Of a stretch of DNA of 55,159 bases, positions 36,460 to 47,893 are shown one piece after another. A model generated the notes under the pieces. The model ran no database searches, had not been told where the DNA came from, and saw only the letters and a program-made list of their open reading frames with translations. The stretch is from Vermiphilus sp. (GTDB lineage: Bacteria; Ratteibacteria; UBA8468; B48-G9; DTJG01): assembly GCA_020722805.1 (NCBI GenBank), contig DYKA01000001.1:1-55159 (forward strand). The letters run 5' to 3'. The position numbers and the translations under genes are program-made. Every line of letters starts with the position of its first letter. The first letter of the stretch is position 1.

Positions 36460-37470
36460 ATGAAAAAGATACTTATTACTGGTGGTGCAGGTTTTATCGG
36501 CACAAATCTTGCGCTGAAGTTTGTGAAGAATTCTGACAGCGCGGTTATTGTTTATGATAATCTCTCAAGGAAGGGTGCGAGTAACAATATTGATTTTCTC
36601 CTCAGGCAAAACTTCAGGAATCTTGAGTTTATCCGTGGTGATATAAGAGATGTAAGGCTGTTGAAAACGGCTGTTTCAGGTGCTGATTGCGTTTTTCATC
36701 TTGCAGCACAGGTCGCCGTTACAACCTCTGTTGAAGAGCCTGTTGAAGATTTTGAAGTAAATGCCATGGGAACGTTATATCTTCTTGAAACGTGCAGAAA
36801 ATACGCAAAAGATGCATTTTTCCTGTATGCTTCAACAAACAAGGTCTATGGGGATCTTTCCGGCTTAAAACTCAAAGAACTCAAGACCAGATACGTTCTT
36901 GCTGACAGAACCAATGGTATCACTGAAGATGAACCACTGGATTTTTATTCACCATACGGATGTTCAAAAGGTTCGGCAGACCAGTATGTAAGGGATTACC
37001 ACAGGATATATGGTTTGAAAACAGTGGTATTCAGACAGTCGTGCATCTACGGACCTTATCAGCACGGTAATGCGGATCAAGGCTGGGTTGTACATTTTAT
37101 CAATCAGGCAATGGCAGAGAAAACAATCACAATCTATGGCGATGGCAAACAGGTGAGGGATATACTTTACATTGACGACCTTATGGATGCATATCTACGG
37201 GTATTGAAGAATCAGAATAAGTGCTGTGGCAGGATTTTTAATGTGGGTGGAGGTGTAAGAAACTCGTTTTCACTTCTTGAGTTGATTCAGTACATGGAAG
37301 AAATACTCGGTAAGAAAATAGAAGTGGATTTCAAAAGCTGGAGACCAGGAGATCAGAAGGTTTTCATCAGTGATAATACAAACCTGAAGAAAGCAACAGC
37401 ATGGAAACCAAGAATAACAAAACAGCATGGAATAAAAAAACTGATTGAGTGGATAAAGGAAAACACATGA
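36460..37470 (+). CDS. Extended-SDR NAD-dependent sugar epimerase (resembles the CDP-paratose/tyvelose 2-epimerase group)
   Basis: ILITGGAGFIGTNL Rossmann motif, STNKVYGD, and YSPYGCSKGSADQYVRDY (YxxxK). Confidence 0.7.
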   Translation: MKKILITGGAGFIGTNLALKFVKNSDSAVIVYDNLSRKGASNNIDFLLRQNFRNLEFIRGDIRDVRLLKTAVSGADCVFHLAAQVAVTTSVEEPVEDFEVNAMGTLYLLETCRKYAKDAFFLYASTNKVYGDLSGLKLKELKTRYVLADRTNGITEDEPLDFYSPYGCSKGSADQYVRDYHRIYGLKTVVFRQSCIYGPYQHGNADQGWVVHFINQAMAEKTITIYGDGKQVRDILYIDDLMDAYLRVLKNQNKCCGRIFNVGGGVRNSFSLLELIQYMEEILGKKIEVDFKSWRPGDQKVFISDNTNLKKATAWKPRITKQHGIKKLIEWIKENT

Positions 37471-38795
37471 GGAAAATTGGTATTATTGGAACAGGTCATG
37501 TTGGTCTTGTTACAGGTGCCTGTTTTGCAAAACTGGGCAATAGGGTGATATGTGTTGACAGCGATATCACAAAGATAGAGAAACTCAAAAAATGCATTGT
37601 ACCTTTTTACGAACCGGGACTTGAAGAACTTGTCAAAAAACAGACAACAGACAAAAACCTCCGATTTTCGCACTCAATGGATGAACTGGTGAGCTCATCT
37701 GAAATTATTTTTATTTGTGTTGGCACTCCCTCAAATCTGGATGGAAGGGCAGATCTTTCTTATGTTGAACAGGCATCAATACAAATAGCAGAATCACTTA
37801 ACAAAATCAAGAATGAAAAATCCAAAATGAACAATTATAGATTGATAGTTGAAAAAAGCACTGTACCTGTTTTGACGGGTCAGTGGGTAAAAAGAACAAT
37901 AGAACTTGTTGCTCCCACAGGGGTCAATTTTGATCTTGCTGCAAACCCTGAATTTTTGAGAGAAGGGAATGCTATAAGAGATTTTTTCCATCCTGACAGG
38001 ATAATTGTCGGGGTGGAAAATAAAAGGGCACAGCACATATTCAAAGAACTCTACAGACCGATAAAAGCACCCATAATTTTTACTGATGTGAAAAGTGCAG
38101 AAATTATTAAACACGCTTCAAATTCTTTTCTTTCCATGAAAATATCATATATAAATGCAATTTCTCAAATATGTGAAAAGGTCGGAGCAGATGTTGAAAT
38201 GATAGCAGAAGGTATGGGTGCAGACAGGAGAATAGGAAAGGATTTTCTCAGGGCAGGAATTGGCTATGGTGGGTCCTGTTTCCCTAAAGACATAAGAGCA
38301 TTTATCTCTATTGCAGAGGAACTGGGTTATGAGTTTGGGCTTTTGAAAGAAGTTGAAAAGATAAACAACCAGCAGAAAAATATTGTTATCAAGAAGGCAA
38401 GAGATCTTTTATGGAATTTGAGAGAAAAAGTGGTCGGGATTCTCGGGTTATCTTTTAAGCCTGGAACAGACGATATCAGAGAAAGTCCCTCAATAGGAAT
38501 AATTCAATTGCTTCTGGACGAAGGATGTGTGGTGAAGTGTTATGATCCCAGGGCTATGGAAAACATGAAAAGATTGATTCCTGATATACACTATGGAAAA
38601 GATGTTTACGACACTGCGGAAGGCAGTCATCTTCTGATATTCGCAACAGAGTGGGATGAGTTCAAAAATTTGGATTTTAAGAAGATTCTGCGGCTGATGA
38701 GGACGCCTTATATCATAGATGGAAGAAATTTTCTTGATGCAAGATATCTTAAAAGTATTGGATTTACTTACTCAGGAATCGGGAGAAGGGTATGA
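37467..38795 (+). CDS. ugd: UDP-glucose 6-dehydrogenase
   Basis: IGIIGTGHVGLVTGACFA, EKSTVPV, NPEFLREG and GGSCFPKD (catalytic Cys) motifs. ATGA overlap with the preceding gene. Confidence 0.92.
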   Translation: MRKIGIIGTGHVGLVTGACFAKLGNRVICVDSDITKIEKLKKCIVPFYEPGLEELVKKQTTDKNLRFSHSMDELVSSSEIIFICVGTPSNLDGRADLSYVEQASIQIAESLNKIKNEKSKMNNYRLIVEKSTVPVLTGQWVKRTIELVAPTGVNFDLAANPEFLREGNAIRDFFHPDRIIVGVENKRAQHIFKELYRPIKAPIIFTDVKSAEIIKHASNSFLSMKISYINAISQICEKVGADVEMIAEGMGADRRIGKDFLRAGIGYGGSCFPKDIRAFISIAEELGYEFGLLKEVEKINNQQKNIVIKKARDLLWNLREKVVGILGLSFKPGTDDIRESPSIGIIQLLLDEGCVVKCYDPRAMENMKRLIPDIHYGKDVYDTAEGSHLLIFATEWDEFKNLDFKKILRLMRTPYIIDGRNFLDARYLKSIGFTYSGIGRRV

Positions 38796-39730
38796 ACACT
38801 GTCATAACAGGAGGGGCAGGTTTTCTTGGCAGCCATCTGTGCGATGCACTGGTGTGCAGGGGAGATTCAGTTCTGTGTGTTGATAATCTGATTACTGGTT
38901 CTCGTAAGAACATTGAGCACTTACTGAATATGCCCAATTTCAGATTTATTGAGGTGGATATTACTCACGATGAAATTGAAAAACATCTTCCTTTCGTGCC
39001 TGACATAATTTTTCATCTTGCAAGTCCGGCATCCCCGCAGGATTACATACGTTTCCCTGTTGAAACACTTCGTGTAAACTCCATCGGGACAGAACAATGT
39101 CTCAATCTTGCAAAAAGAGCAAAGGCAAAACTGCTTTTCTCATCCACATCTGAGGTTTATGGAGATCCTTTGATAAGTCCGCAGAAAGAGACCTACTGGG
39201 GAAATGTTAATCCTGTTGGTCCAAGGTCAGTATATGATGAAGGGAAGAGATACGGTGAGGCGCTGGTCATGGCTTATCACAGGTTGTACGGGCTTAAGAC
39301 ATATCTTCCGAGGATTTTTAATACATACGGGCCGAGAATGCGTCTTGATGATGGCAGGGTTATACCGAATTTTATTTCACAGGCCATGCTTGGAAAACCT
39401 TTTACGATATATGGAGATGGAAAACAGACAAGGAGTTTCTGTTATGTGGATGATCTGATTTCAGCTTTTTTGGTTCTGGTAGAAACTGATTATCATCTTC
39501 CTGTAAACCTCGGCAACCCCGATGAATTTACAATCATTGAACTTGCTGAAAAAATCAACAGTATCACAGGATTGAACCTATCATGTGAATTTCTTGACCC
39601 GTTGCCTGATGACCCTAAACAGAGAAGGCCTGATATTACACTCGCAAGAAAAATTCTTGGATGGTCTCCAGTTGTAAATCTTGATGAGGGCCTCAGAAGA
39701 ACTTTGAACCATTACCTGGAGAAAAAATGA
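38792..39730 (+). CDS. uxs: UDP-glucuronate decarboxylase (UDP-xylose synthase)
   Basis: ITGGAGFLGSHLCD, SSTSEVYGDP, YDEGKRYGEAL, RIFNTYGPRM..DDGRVIPNF and DDPKQRRPDI motifs, all typical of UXS. Confidence 0.88.
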   Translation: MNTVITGGAGFLGSHLCDALVCRGDSVLCVDNLITGSRKNIEHLLNMPNFRFIEVDITHDEIEKHLPFVPDIIFHLASPASPQDYIRFPVETLRVNSIGTEQCLNLAKRAKAKLLFSSTSEVYGDPLISPQKETYWGNVNPVGPRSVYDEGKRYGEALVMAYHRLYGLKTYLPRIFNTYGPRMRLDDGRVIPNFISQAMLGKPFTIYGDGKQTRSFCYVDDLISAFLVLVETDYHLPVNLGNPDEFTIIELAEKINSITGLNLSCEFLDPLPDDPKQRRPDITLARKILGWSPVVNLDEGLRRTLNHYLEKK

Positions 39731-40854
39731 AAAAGGTGCTTGTTACCGGCGGTGCGGGATTTATAGGAAGCCATCTCTGTAATGCGCTCCTTGAAAGAAA
39801 TTACAGGGTTATTGTTTTTGACAATCTTGATGAACAGGTTCACCCCAGTAAGAGGATTCCAGAATATCTCAGTAGAAGTGTTGATTTTATCAGGGGAGAT
39901 GTGAGAAATTACGAAAAGTTAAAAGAAGCAGTGTGTGATAGCGACTATATCTTACATTTTGCGTCTGCAGTTGGGGTGGGACAATCCCAGTATCAGATTT
40001 CAAAATATGTAAATACGAACATTTGCGGCACTGCCAATCTTTTTGACATTCTTGTCAACAGCCGGCACCACGTGAAAAAGATAATCGTGGCTGCGTCAAT
40101 GAGCAGTTATGGTGAGGGCATGGCAAGGTGCAAAAAATGTGGGGTTTTTAAACCTGAGTTAAGGAATCTTTCCGAAGGCACACCAGTAAAAGAAACTGAA
40201 TACTGGGAAATAAAATGTCCTTCCTGCGGAAAGGTTGCACTTTCAGTGCCAACAGATGAAAATGCTTCTCTTGATGCTAATTCTATATATGCAATTACCA
40301 AGAAAGAACAGGAAGAGATGTGTCTACTTGTTGGAAGGATATATGGAATTCCAGTTGTTTCTCTGAGGTTTTTTAATGTCTATGGACCTCATCAGTCGTT
40401 GAGCAATCCGTATACTGGAGTTACTGCGATATTCATCAGCAGGATAAAAAACAACAACCCTCCTGTTATATTTGAGGATGGACTTCAAACAAGGGATTTT
40501 ATCTGGGTTGGAGATGTTATCAGAGCAAACATTCTTGCCCTTGAAAGCGAAAAGGCAAACTATCATTGTTTTAATGTCGGGACAGGAAAACCAGTCAGCA
40601 TTCTTGAGGTGGCTCAAGTTCTTATTAGATTATCAGGAAAGAAAATAAGACCCCTCATTACTTATAGATTCAGAAAAGGAGATGTAAGACACTGCTTTGC
40701 AGATGTAAAGAAAATAAGAAAAATTCTTGGATTCAGGGCAGACACATCCTTCAAAAAGGGTATGTCAGAACTGTTGAAATGGTCTGATTCTGTGCATGCG
40801 GATGACAGATTTGGCCGTGTAATGAGAGAGTTAAGAAAGAAGAAACTTGTATGA
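39727..40854 (+). CDS. Extended-SDR NAD-dependent epimerase/dehydratase with an inserted Cys4 zinc ribbon
   Basis: VLVTGGAGFIGSHLCN; ASMSSYG (catalytic Ser region); YAITK (Y188/K192). About 40 extra residues with C135-x2-C138...C164-x2-C167 lie between them. Confidence 0.75.
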   Translation: MKKVLVTGGAGFIGSHLCNALLERNYRVIVFDNLDEQVHPSKRIPEYLSRSVDFIRGDVRNYEKLKEAVCDSDYILHFASAVGVGQSQYQISKYVNTNICGTANLFDILVNSRHHVKKIIVAASMSSYGEGMARCKKCGVFKPELRNLSEGTPVKETEYWEIKCPSCGKVALSVPTDENASLDANSIYAITKKEQEEMCLLVGRIYGIPVVSLRFFNVYGPHQSLSNPYTGVTAIFISRIKNNNPPVIFEDGLQTRDFIWVGDVIRANILALESEKANYHCFNVGTGKPVSILEVAQVLIRLSGKKIRPLITYRFRKGDVRHCFADVKKIRKILGFRADTSFKKGMSELLKWSDSVHADDRFGRVMRELRKKKLV

Positions 40855-41564
40855 AAAAACAATGTTTCTTGAGTATTATCATCCCGGCAAGAAATGAACA
40901 GGACCTTATTGCTTCAACGATTGACAGCATTTTGCTATTTGTGGATATAAGCTGCTCTGAGATTATTGTTGTTAACGACCATTCCAGCGATGCGACCCCT
41001 TCAATCGTTGAAAAAATTTCCGAGGAGCATCAGGAAGTGAAACTTGTTCACAATAAAGAATCTGCAGGATTTGCCGCTGCATTGAAAACAGGTTTTGAAA
41101 GTGCCTCAGGTGAATTTGTTGTCCCTGTTATGGCTGATGGATGCGATGACCCGAAAACAATACCTTTTATGATTGAAAAAGCAAAGGCAGGATACGACCT
41201 TGTTTGTGGGTGCCGCTATATGAAAAATGCAGGGAAAACAGGAGGACCAAAACTGCAGGGATTTTTTTCAAAATTCGTCTGCCTGTCCTTGCATTTTCTT
41301 ACGGGAATTCCAACAAGAGATATCTCAAATGCTTTCAAACTGTACCGACTGAGGATTCTTCGGAATATTCATTTAAGAGAAAAGGGCTTTGCTGTTTCAA
41401 TGGAGATTGCATTAAATTTCTATTTCAGGGGTTGCAAGATTTGTGATGTTCCAACCTTCTGGAAAGGAAGAAAAAAAGGGAAATCAAAATTCAAAATAAC
41501 AAAAAGTTTTCCGTACCTGAAGCTTTACATGCAGACAGTGATCAAGTCATGGACAAGAATTTAG
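40851..41564 (+). CDS. Family 2 glycosyltransferase, Dpm1-like (GT2 no. 4)
   Basis: LSIIIPARNEQDLI and IIVVNDHSSDAT motifs. MADGCDDP stands in place of DADLQH. 237 aa with no TM segment. Confidence 0.75.
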   Translation: MKKQCFLSIIIPARNEQDLIASTIDSILLFVDISCSEIIVVNDHSSDATPSIVEKISEEHQEVKLVHNKESAGFAAALKTGFESASGEFVVPVMADGCDDPKTIPFMIEKAKAGYDLVCGCRYMKNAGKTGGPKLQGFFSKFVCLSLHFLTGIPTRDISNAFKLYRLRILRNIHLREKGFAVSMEIALNFYFRGCKICDVPTFWKGRKKGKSKFKITKSFPYLKLYMQTVIKSWTRI

Positions 41565-42262
41565 AAATTTCCGTAGTGATTCCTGCATACAATGAGGAAA
41601 GGAGGATTGAAAAGACAATTCATATCATACATGACTACCTGAAAAATCAGGGCTATCATTTTGAGATTATTGTCGTGGATGACGGCAGCACTGATTCAAC
41701 GGCAAATCTGATGTTAATAATCTTAAAAAAACTCGGCAACATCAGATTAATTTCTCACAAAAAAAACATGGGCAAGGGGGCTGCCGTCAGGTCAGGTGTT
41801 CTTGCTTCAACAGGAGATATAACGCTCTTTACTGATGCTGACCTTTCAACTCCCATAGTCGAACTGGAAAAGATGAAAATCTATTTGCAGAACGGATATG
41901 ACATCGTAATCGGTTCAAGGAAAAAAAAGGAATCATCAATTCCTGTTCCGCAGCCATGGCACAGAAGATTTTCTGGCTGGGTTTTTCAGTTTCTTGTCAG
42001 AAAAATCCTGGGACTTCCGTTTTCGGATACCCAGTGCGGATTCAAACTTTTCAAAACAGATGTTGCAAGGTCTCTTTTTCTGAATATGAAACACAGAGGA
42101 TTTACTTTTGATGTTGAAATCCTGTACAATGCACTGAAAAATGGATACAAAGTTAAGGAAACCGGGGTTGTCTGGATGAACTCAAAAAATACAACTGTAA
42201 GATTTTTCAGGGATTCTATTTATATGTTTCTTGATTTGTTAAAGATACGGTTCAAAAGATGA
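41549..42262 (+). CDS. Family 2 glycosyltransferase, dolichyl/polyprenyl-phosphate beta-glucosyltransferase-like (GT2 no. 5)
   Basis: ISVVIPAYNEERRI, IIVVDDGSTDST, KNMGKGAAV, LFTDADLSTP and DTQCGFKLF motifs. The next gene, a type A GT-C, overlaps it by 4 nt. Confidence 0.85.
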   Translation: MDKNLEISVVIPAYNEERRIEKTIHIIHDYLKNQGYHFEIIVVDDGSTDSTANLMLIILKKLGNIRLISHKKNMGKGAAVRSGVLASTGDITLFTDADLSTPIVELEKMKIYLQNGYDIVIGSRKKKESSIPVPQPWHRRFSGWVFQFLVRKILGLPFSDTQCGFKLFKTDVARSLFLNMKHRGFTFDVEILYNALKNGYKVKETGVVWMNSKNTTVRFFRDSIYMFLDLLKIRFKR

Positions 42263-43925
42263 AAAAAACGCCTTATCCTTTACTGATTATTGTTTTGTTT
42301 TCAGGTTTCTTATATCTTACTGGAATCAGATGGGGATTGCCTTCAGAAGGGGCAAAGAAATTTTATGTCGGAGATATAAATATTTCCCGGGAGTATCTTA
42401 AACGCGGCTGGGAAATCTCCAGAGAGAACCTCCCTGAAAAACTGCCGAGGTCGCGCTTTAATGCAATTCGTTCATTTCATCCTGATGAGCAAAATATTCT
42501 GAAGAGTATCATCTCAATGAGTCCGGAAAGGTTTGATTTCAATCCGCACTTTTTTGAGTATCCTTCCTGTCAAATATACCTTGTTGCAGCTGTGTTGAAG
42601 GTCATTTCTGAAACAGGCCTGATAGTCATAAAGCCCGATGCCTCTTATTATTTCCAGAATCCAGAGGAAATGGCAAAAATCTATCTTACAGGCAGAATGA
42701 CAACTGTATTGATGGCTATTTTGGGGCTGATTTTTTTTTACGACGCTGCCCTGATACTGTGCGGGAAATATGGTGCTATCTTTTCAACCGCATGTCTCGG
42801 GTTCTGCCCTTTATACGCAATAAACAGCCACTATATGACAGTTGATGTTCCTATGGTTTTCTGGATTACAGTTTTCCTTTTCCTGACTGCTCTGTCTGTG
42901 AAGAGGGGTAGATTTTCTTATATTGTGGCTTCTGCCTTTGTTTCAGGAATCGCAGCAGGAACAAAATATCCTGCGGGAATACTTATATTTCTGCTACCCT
43001 TTGTGTACTATGGAACCTGTAAAAAATCTCCTGTGAGATCTATCTTTGATATCGGAGCATTGTTTTTTCTGTTTCTTGCTGGTTTCTTGATAACGACCCC
43101 CTATTCTGTGATTGCGTTTGATGAATTCAAGAGAGACATTTTATATCAGGCATCGGCAAGAGGAGTTGGTTTTTCTGCCATCTTCAATCATGTCAGTTCT
43201 ATGATTGACTTTTTCAGGGCACTCTGGGTTGGTTCATGGTTACTTCTGTTTTTGTTTGTTCCTTCAGTGTACTTCCTTGCAAAGAGGCGAATTTTTGAAG
43301 ACAGGATAATTCTCACAGCTTTAGTCCTGGCGATTGTACCACTTCTTGTTGCTGGAGGTTTCAAGTATGCCAGATACTATTTGATAGCACTTCCCTTTTT
43401 ATGTTTGAGCACGGGTTCTCTTCTTGATGAATTTTTTCAGATACAAAAAAAGAAGATAAAACTTTTTGCGATTTCATTGTGTATTTTAATTTTGATGTTT
43501 GTTTCCGTTAAGTCTGTAGCTTATTCAAAACTAATGTGCGGGAAGGACATAAGAATTACAACAGCAGAATACGTGGACAAACAATTTCCTCAGGGCACAA
43601 AGATTGTGTTCACAAAAGACCCGTGGATATTTGAGGTTCCACCAGTGAATCCCGAAAAGTTTTCGGTACATATCATAGAGGAGTCAGGTCTTGAAAAAGC
43701 ACCCTCAACCTGTTATTTGATTATAGGAGAATTGCAGTATTTCCTTACATCTGGAAACAGAAACATCCAGATGCAGCGGGAAATTGTTTACATTCAGGAA
43801 AAAGGTTTTGTGCTGAAAAAGATTTTTGCAAATCATGCTGGTTTTGGACTGCTTCGTTTTGACGATAACTGGACAATTCACGATATGCTTTATACCCATC
43901 CTGGAATTCTGCTTTTTTACAAGCC

Positions 43926-43929
<4 letters not shown>
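42259..43929 (+). CDS. GT-C-like polytopic membrane glycosyltransferase, type A (556 aa)
   Basis: Same architecture as the 28795 gene: TM1 with GIRWGLPS, HPDEQ-x14-DFNPHFFEY (42484-42561), more than 10 TM segments and a C-terminal soluble domain. Confidence 0.6.
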
Positions 43930-46072
<2,143 letters not shown>

Positions 46073-46073
46073 T

Positions 46074-46358
46074 ATGCCGAGTACAGCACAGGGCGCGTCT
46101 TTGTTTCAGGCGATTTTGCCTCTTTTGCTCATCTTCTTTATTTTTTATTTTCTGTTGATTTTGCCCCAGCAGAGAAAAGAAAGACAGCGAAGGGAAATGC
46201 TTGATAATCTGAAGAAGGGAGATCGCGTAATTACAATTGGAGGCATAATTGCCACAGTGGAAGAAATCAAGGGGAAGATTGTAACTCTCAGGATAGGTGA
46301 AATAAAGGTTGATTTTGTAAAAAATGCCATCGCCCAGATCTATCAGGAAGAAAAATAG
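46074..46358 (+). CDS. yajC: Preprotein translocase subunit YajC
   Basis: 94 aa with a single N-terminal TM, PQQRKERQ and L.KGD.VIT.GGI...V motifs. Canonical queA-tgt-yajC order. Confidence 0.88.
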   Translation: MPSTAQGASLFQAILPLLLIFFIFYFLLILPQQRKERQRREMLDNLKKGDRVITIGGIIATVEEIKGKIVTLRIGEIKVDFVKNAIAQIYQEEK

Positions 46359-46361
46359 TTC

Positions 46362-47510
46362 ATGATTGGATACTTTGATGTTAGAAACGGCTGTGCAGGA
46401 GATATGATAGCCGCCGCGCTTTCAGGTTGTGTGGATGTTGGTGAAGCCAGGAAACTTCTTGGATGTATTGATTTCCCTTCTCTCTACAGCATTGAGATAA
46501 GACAGATTGTAAAACCTGCCGGGCATTCACATGGAATAAAAGCAAACCAGTTTGTTGTGAAAGTAAAAGGGAAGGAAGAGGAAAGGTCTTACAGGGAGAT
46601 TGTTTCAGTTTTCAGGAAAAGCAGACTGGATAGGTGCCTCAAAGAGAAAATTCTGAATGTTTTTGAAACTCTTGCAAAAGCCGAAAGCAAGGTTCACGGA
46701 AAACCAGTGGAAAAACTGCATTTCCACTCTGTCGGACAGACAGATGCCCTTGTTGAGATTAGTTTTTCTGTGATTGCTCTTGACCTTCTCGGTATTACAA
46801 GGGTTTTTGCTTCTCCAGTTGGAATTTCTCATGCTGCGCCTGCAACACTTGAGATTGCTTCCGGCATTCCTGTTGTCATTCGTGATATCCCGTTTGAATC
46901 AACAACACCAACAGGAATTTCAATTATCAAGACACTTGCTGAGGCATACGGGGATACACCATCATTTTTTCTTGAGGGTTATTCATATGGAGCAGGAACG
47001 CTGTCAACGGATCTACCCGACGTTTTACAGTTCTCATACGGCAAGGATGCCGGGGATGGCTATGAAAGGGTCGGGATTCTTGAGACATCTGTTGATGATA
47101 TGAACCCGGTTCTCTTTGACCATCTTATGGACGTTTTATATCGGGCAGGTGCTCTTGAGGTGAGTTTCTTTACAGGTATCACAAAGAAATCAAGGCCGAT
47201 GTTTTTCATAAGAGTGCTGTGCCATCCTGACCAGAGGCAAAGAATTTCAGAGATTGTTTTCAAGGAGACAACGACACTCGGCATCAGGTACAGGGAAGAA
47301 GAAAGAACCATTCTAAAGAGAAAACTGAAAAAGATAAGTACCAGATATGGTGATATAAATGTAAAGGTAGCGTATCTTTCAGGGAAACCAGTGAATGTTA
47401 TGCCTGAATATAATGATTGCAGGACAATTGCCATCAGAAAAAAAATACCTTTGAAAAAGGTAATTGAAGAGGTTTTAAAAATCTTCCTGAAGGAAAAAAT
47501 TGAAAAATAG
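46362..47510 (+). CDS. larC: LarC-family (DUF111) nickel insertion protein
   Basis: The N-terminus has YFD...G.AGDMIAAAL. About 380 aa with the HFHSVG region typical of DUF111. Confidence 0.75.
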   Translation: MIGYFDVRNGCAGDMIAAALSGCVDVGEARKLLGCIDFPSLYSIEIRQIVKPAGHSHGIKANQFVVKVKGKEEERSYREIVSVFRKSRLDRCLKEKILNVFETLAKAESKVHGKPVEKLHFHSVGQTDALVEISFSVIALDLLGITRVFASPVGISHAAPATLEIASGIPVVIRDIPFESTTPTGISIIKTLAEAYGDTPSFFLEGYSYGAGTLSTDLPDVLQFSYGKDAGDGYERVGILETSVDDMNPVLFDHLMDVLYRAGALEVSFFTGITKKSRPMFFIRVLCHPDQRQRISEIVFKETTTLGIRYREEERTILKRKLKKISTRYGDINVKVAYLSGKPVNVMPEYNDCRTIAIRKKIPLKKVIEEVLKIFLKEKIEK

Positions 47511-47528
47511 GTTATAATATTATATTAT
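47500..47528 (+). promoter_or_regulatory. Candidate sigma-70 promoter (TTGAAA-17 nt-TATTAT) for the DUF503-valS operon
   Basis: TTGAAA at 47500-47505 and TATTAT at 47523-47528; there is also a TATAAT at 47513-47518. About 65 nt upstream of ATG 47591, which has a GGAGGG SD. Confidence 0.35.
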
Positions 47529-47590
47529 CCCGATAATTTTGTTTCTGCTGTCAGAAAAAAACTTCCAGGCTGAATTCAACGGAGGGAAAA

Positions 47591-47884
47591 ATGGTTGTGG
47601 GAGTGTGGAGGGTTGAACTGCATATGCCATACGCACAAAGCCTTAAGGAGAAAAGGAGCATACTGCAGTCAATCCTTACAAAATCAAGAAACCATTTCAA
47701 TGTTTCTATTGCCGAGCTTGATTTTCATGACAAATGGCAGCGAAGTGTTATGGGTATTGCATGTGTTAATTCAAGTCCAAAAAAAGCTGAGGATGTTTTT
47801 GCAGCAATAAGAGAAATTTTTGAAGAAACAGAAAACGTTATTGTTATAAAAGAAGACATTAATTTCTATTCTCTTGAGAGATAA
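47591..47884 (+). CDS. DUF503 (YlxP-like) protein
   Basis: 97 aa with SLKEKRSILQSI and FNVSIAELDFHDKWQRSVMGIA motifs matching the DUF503 pattern. Confidence 0.8.
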   Translation: MVVGVWRVELHMPYAQSLKEKRSILQSILTKSRNHFNVSIAELDFHDKWQRSVMGIACVNSSPKKAEDVFAAIREIFEETENVIVIKEDINFYSLER

Positions 47885-47893
47885 AGACATTAA

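Noticed and set aside
36460-39730. Reading Ugd + decarboxylase + GT2 + CE4 + GT-C as a standard L-Ara4N (Arn/Pmr) lipid A modification locus.
   Set aside because: There is no ArnB-type aminotransferase and no ArnA-type formyltransferase domain in the window. The decarboxylase has UXS-type motifs. The locus also has far more GT2 and GT-C genes than Arn. Only the general logic is retained, as an analogy.
47542-47557. Small hairpin TTTCTG-ctgt-CAGAAA after larC, considered as an intrinsic terminator.
   Set aside because: The stem is only 6 bp and AT-rich. It is followed by an A-run rather than a T-run on the + strand, so it does not fit the intrinsic-terminator pattern.
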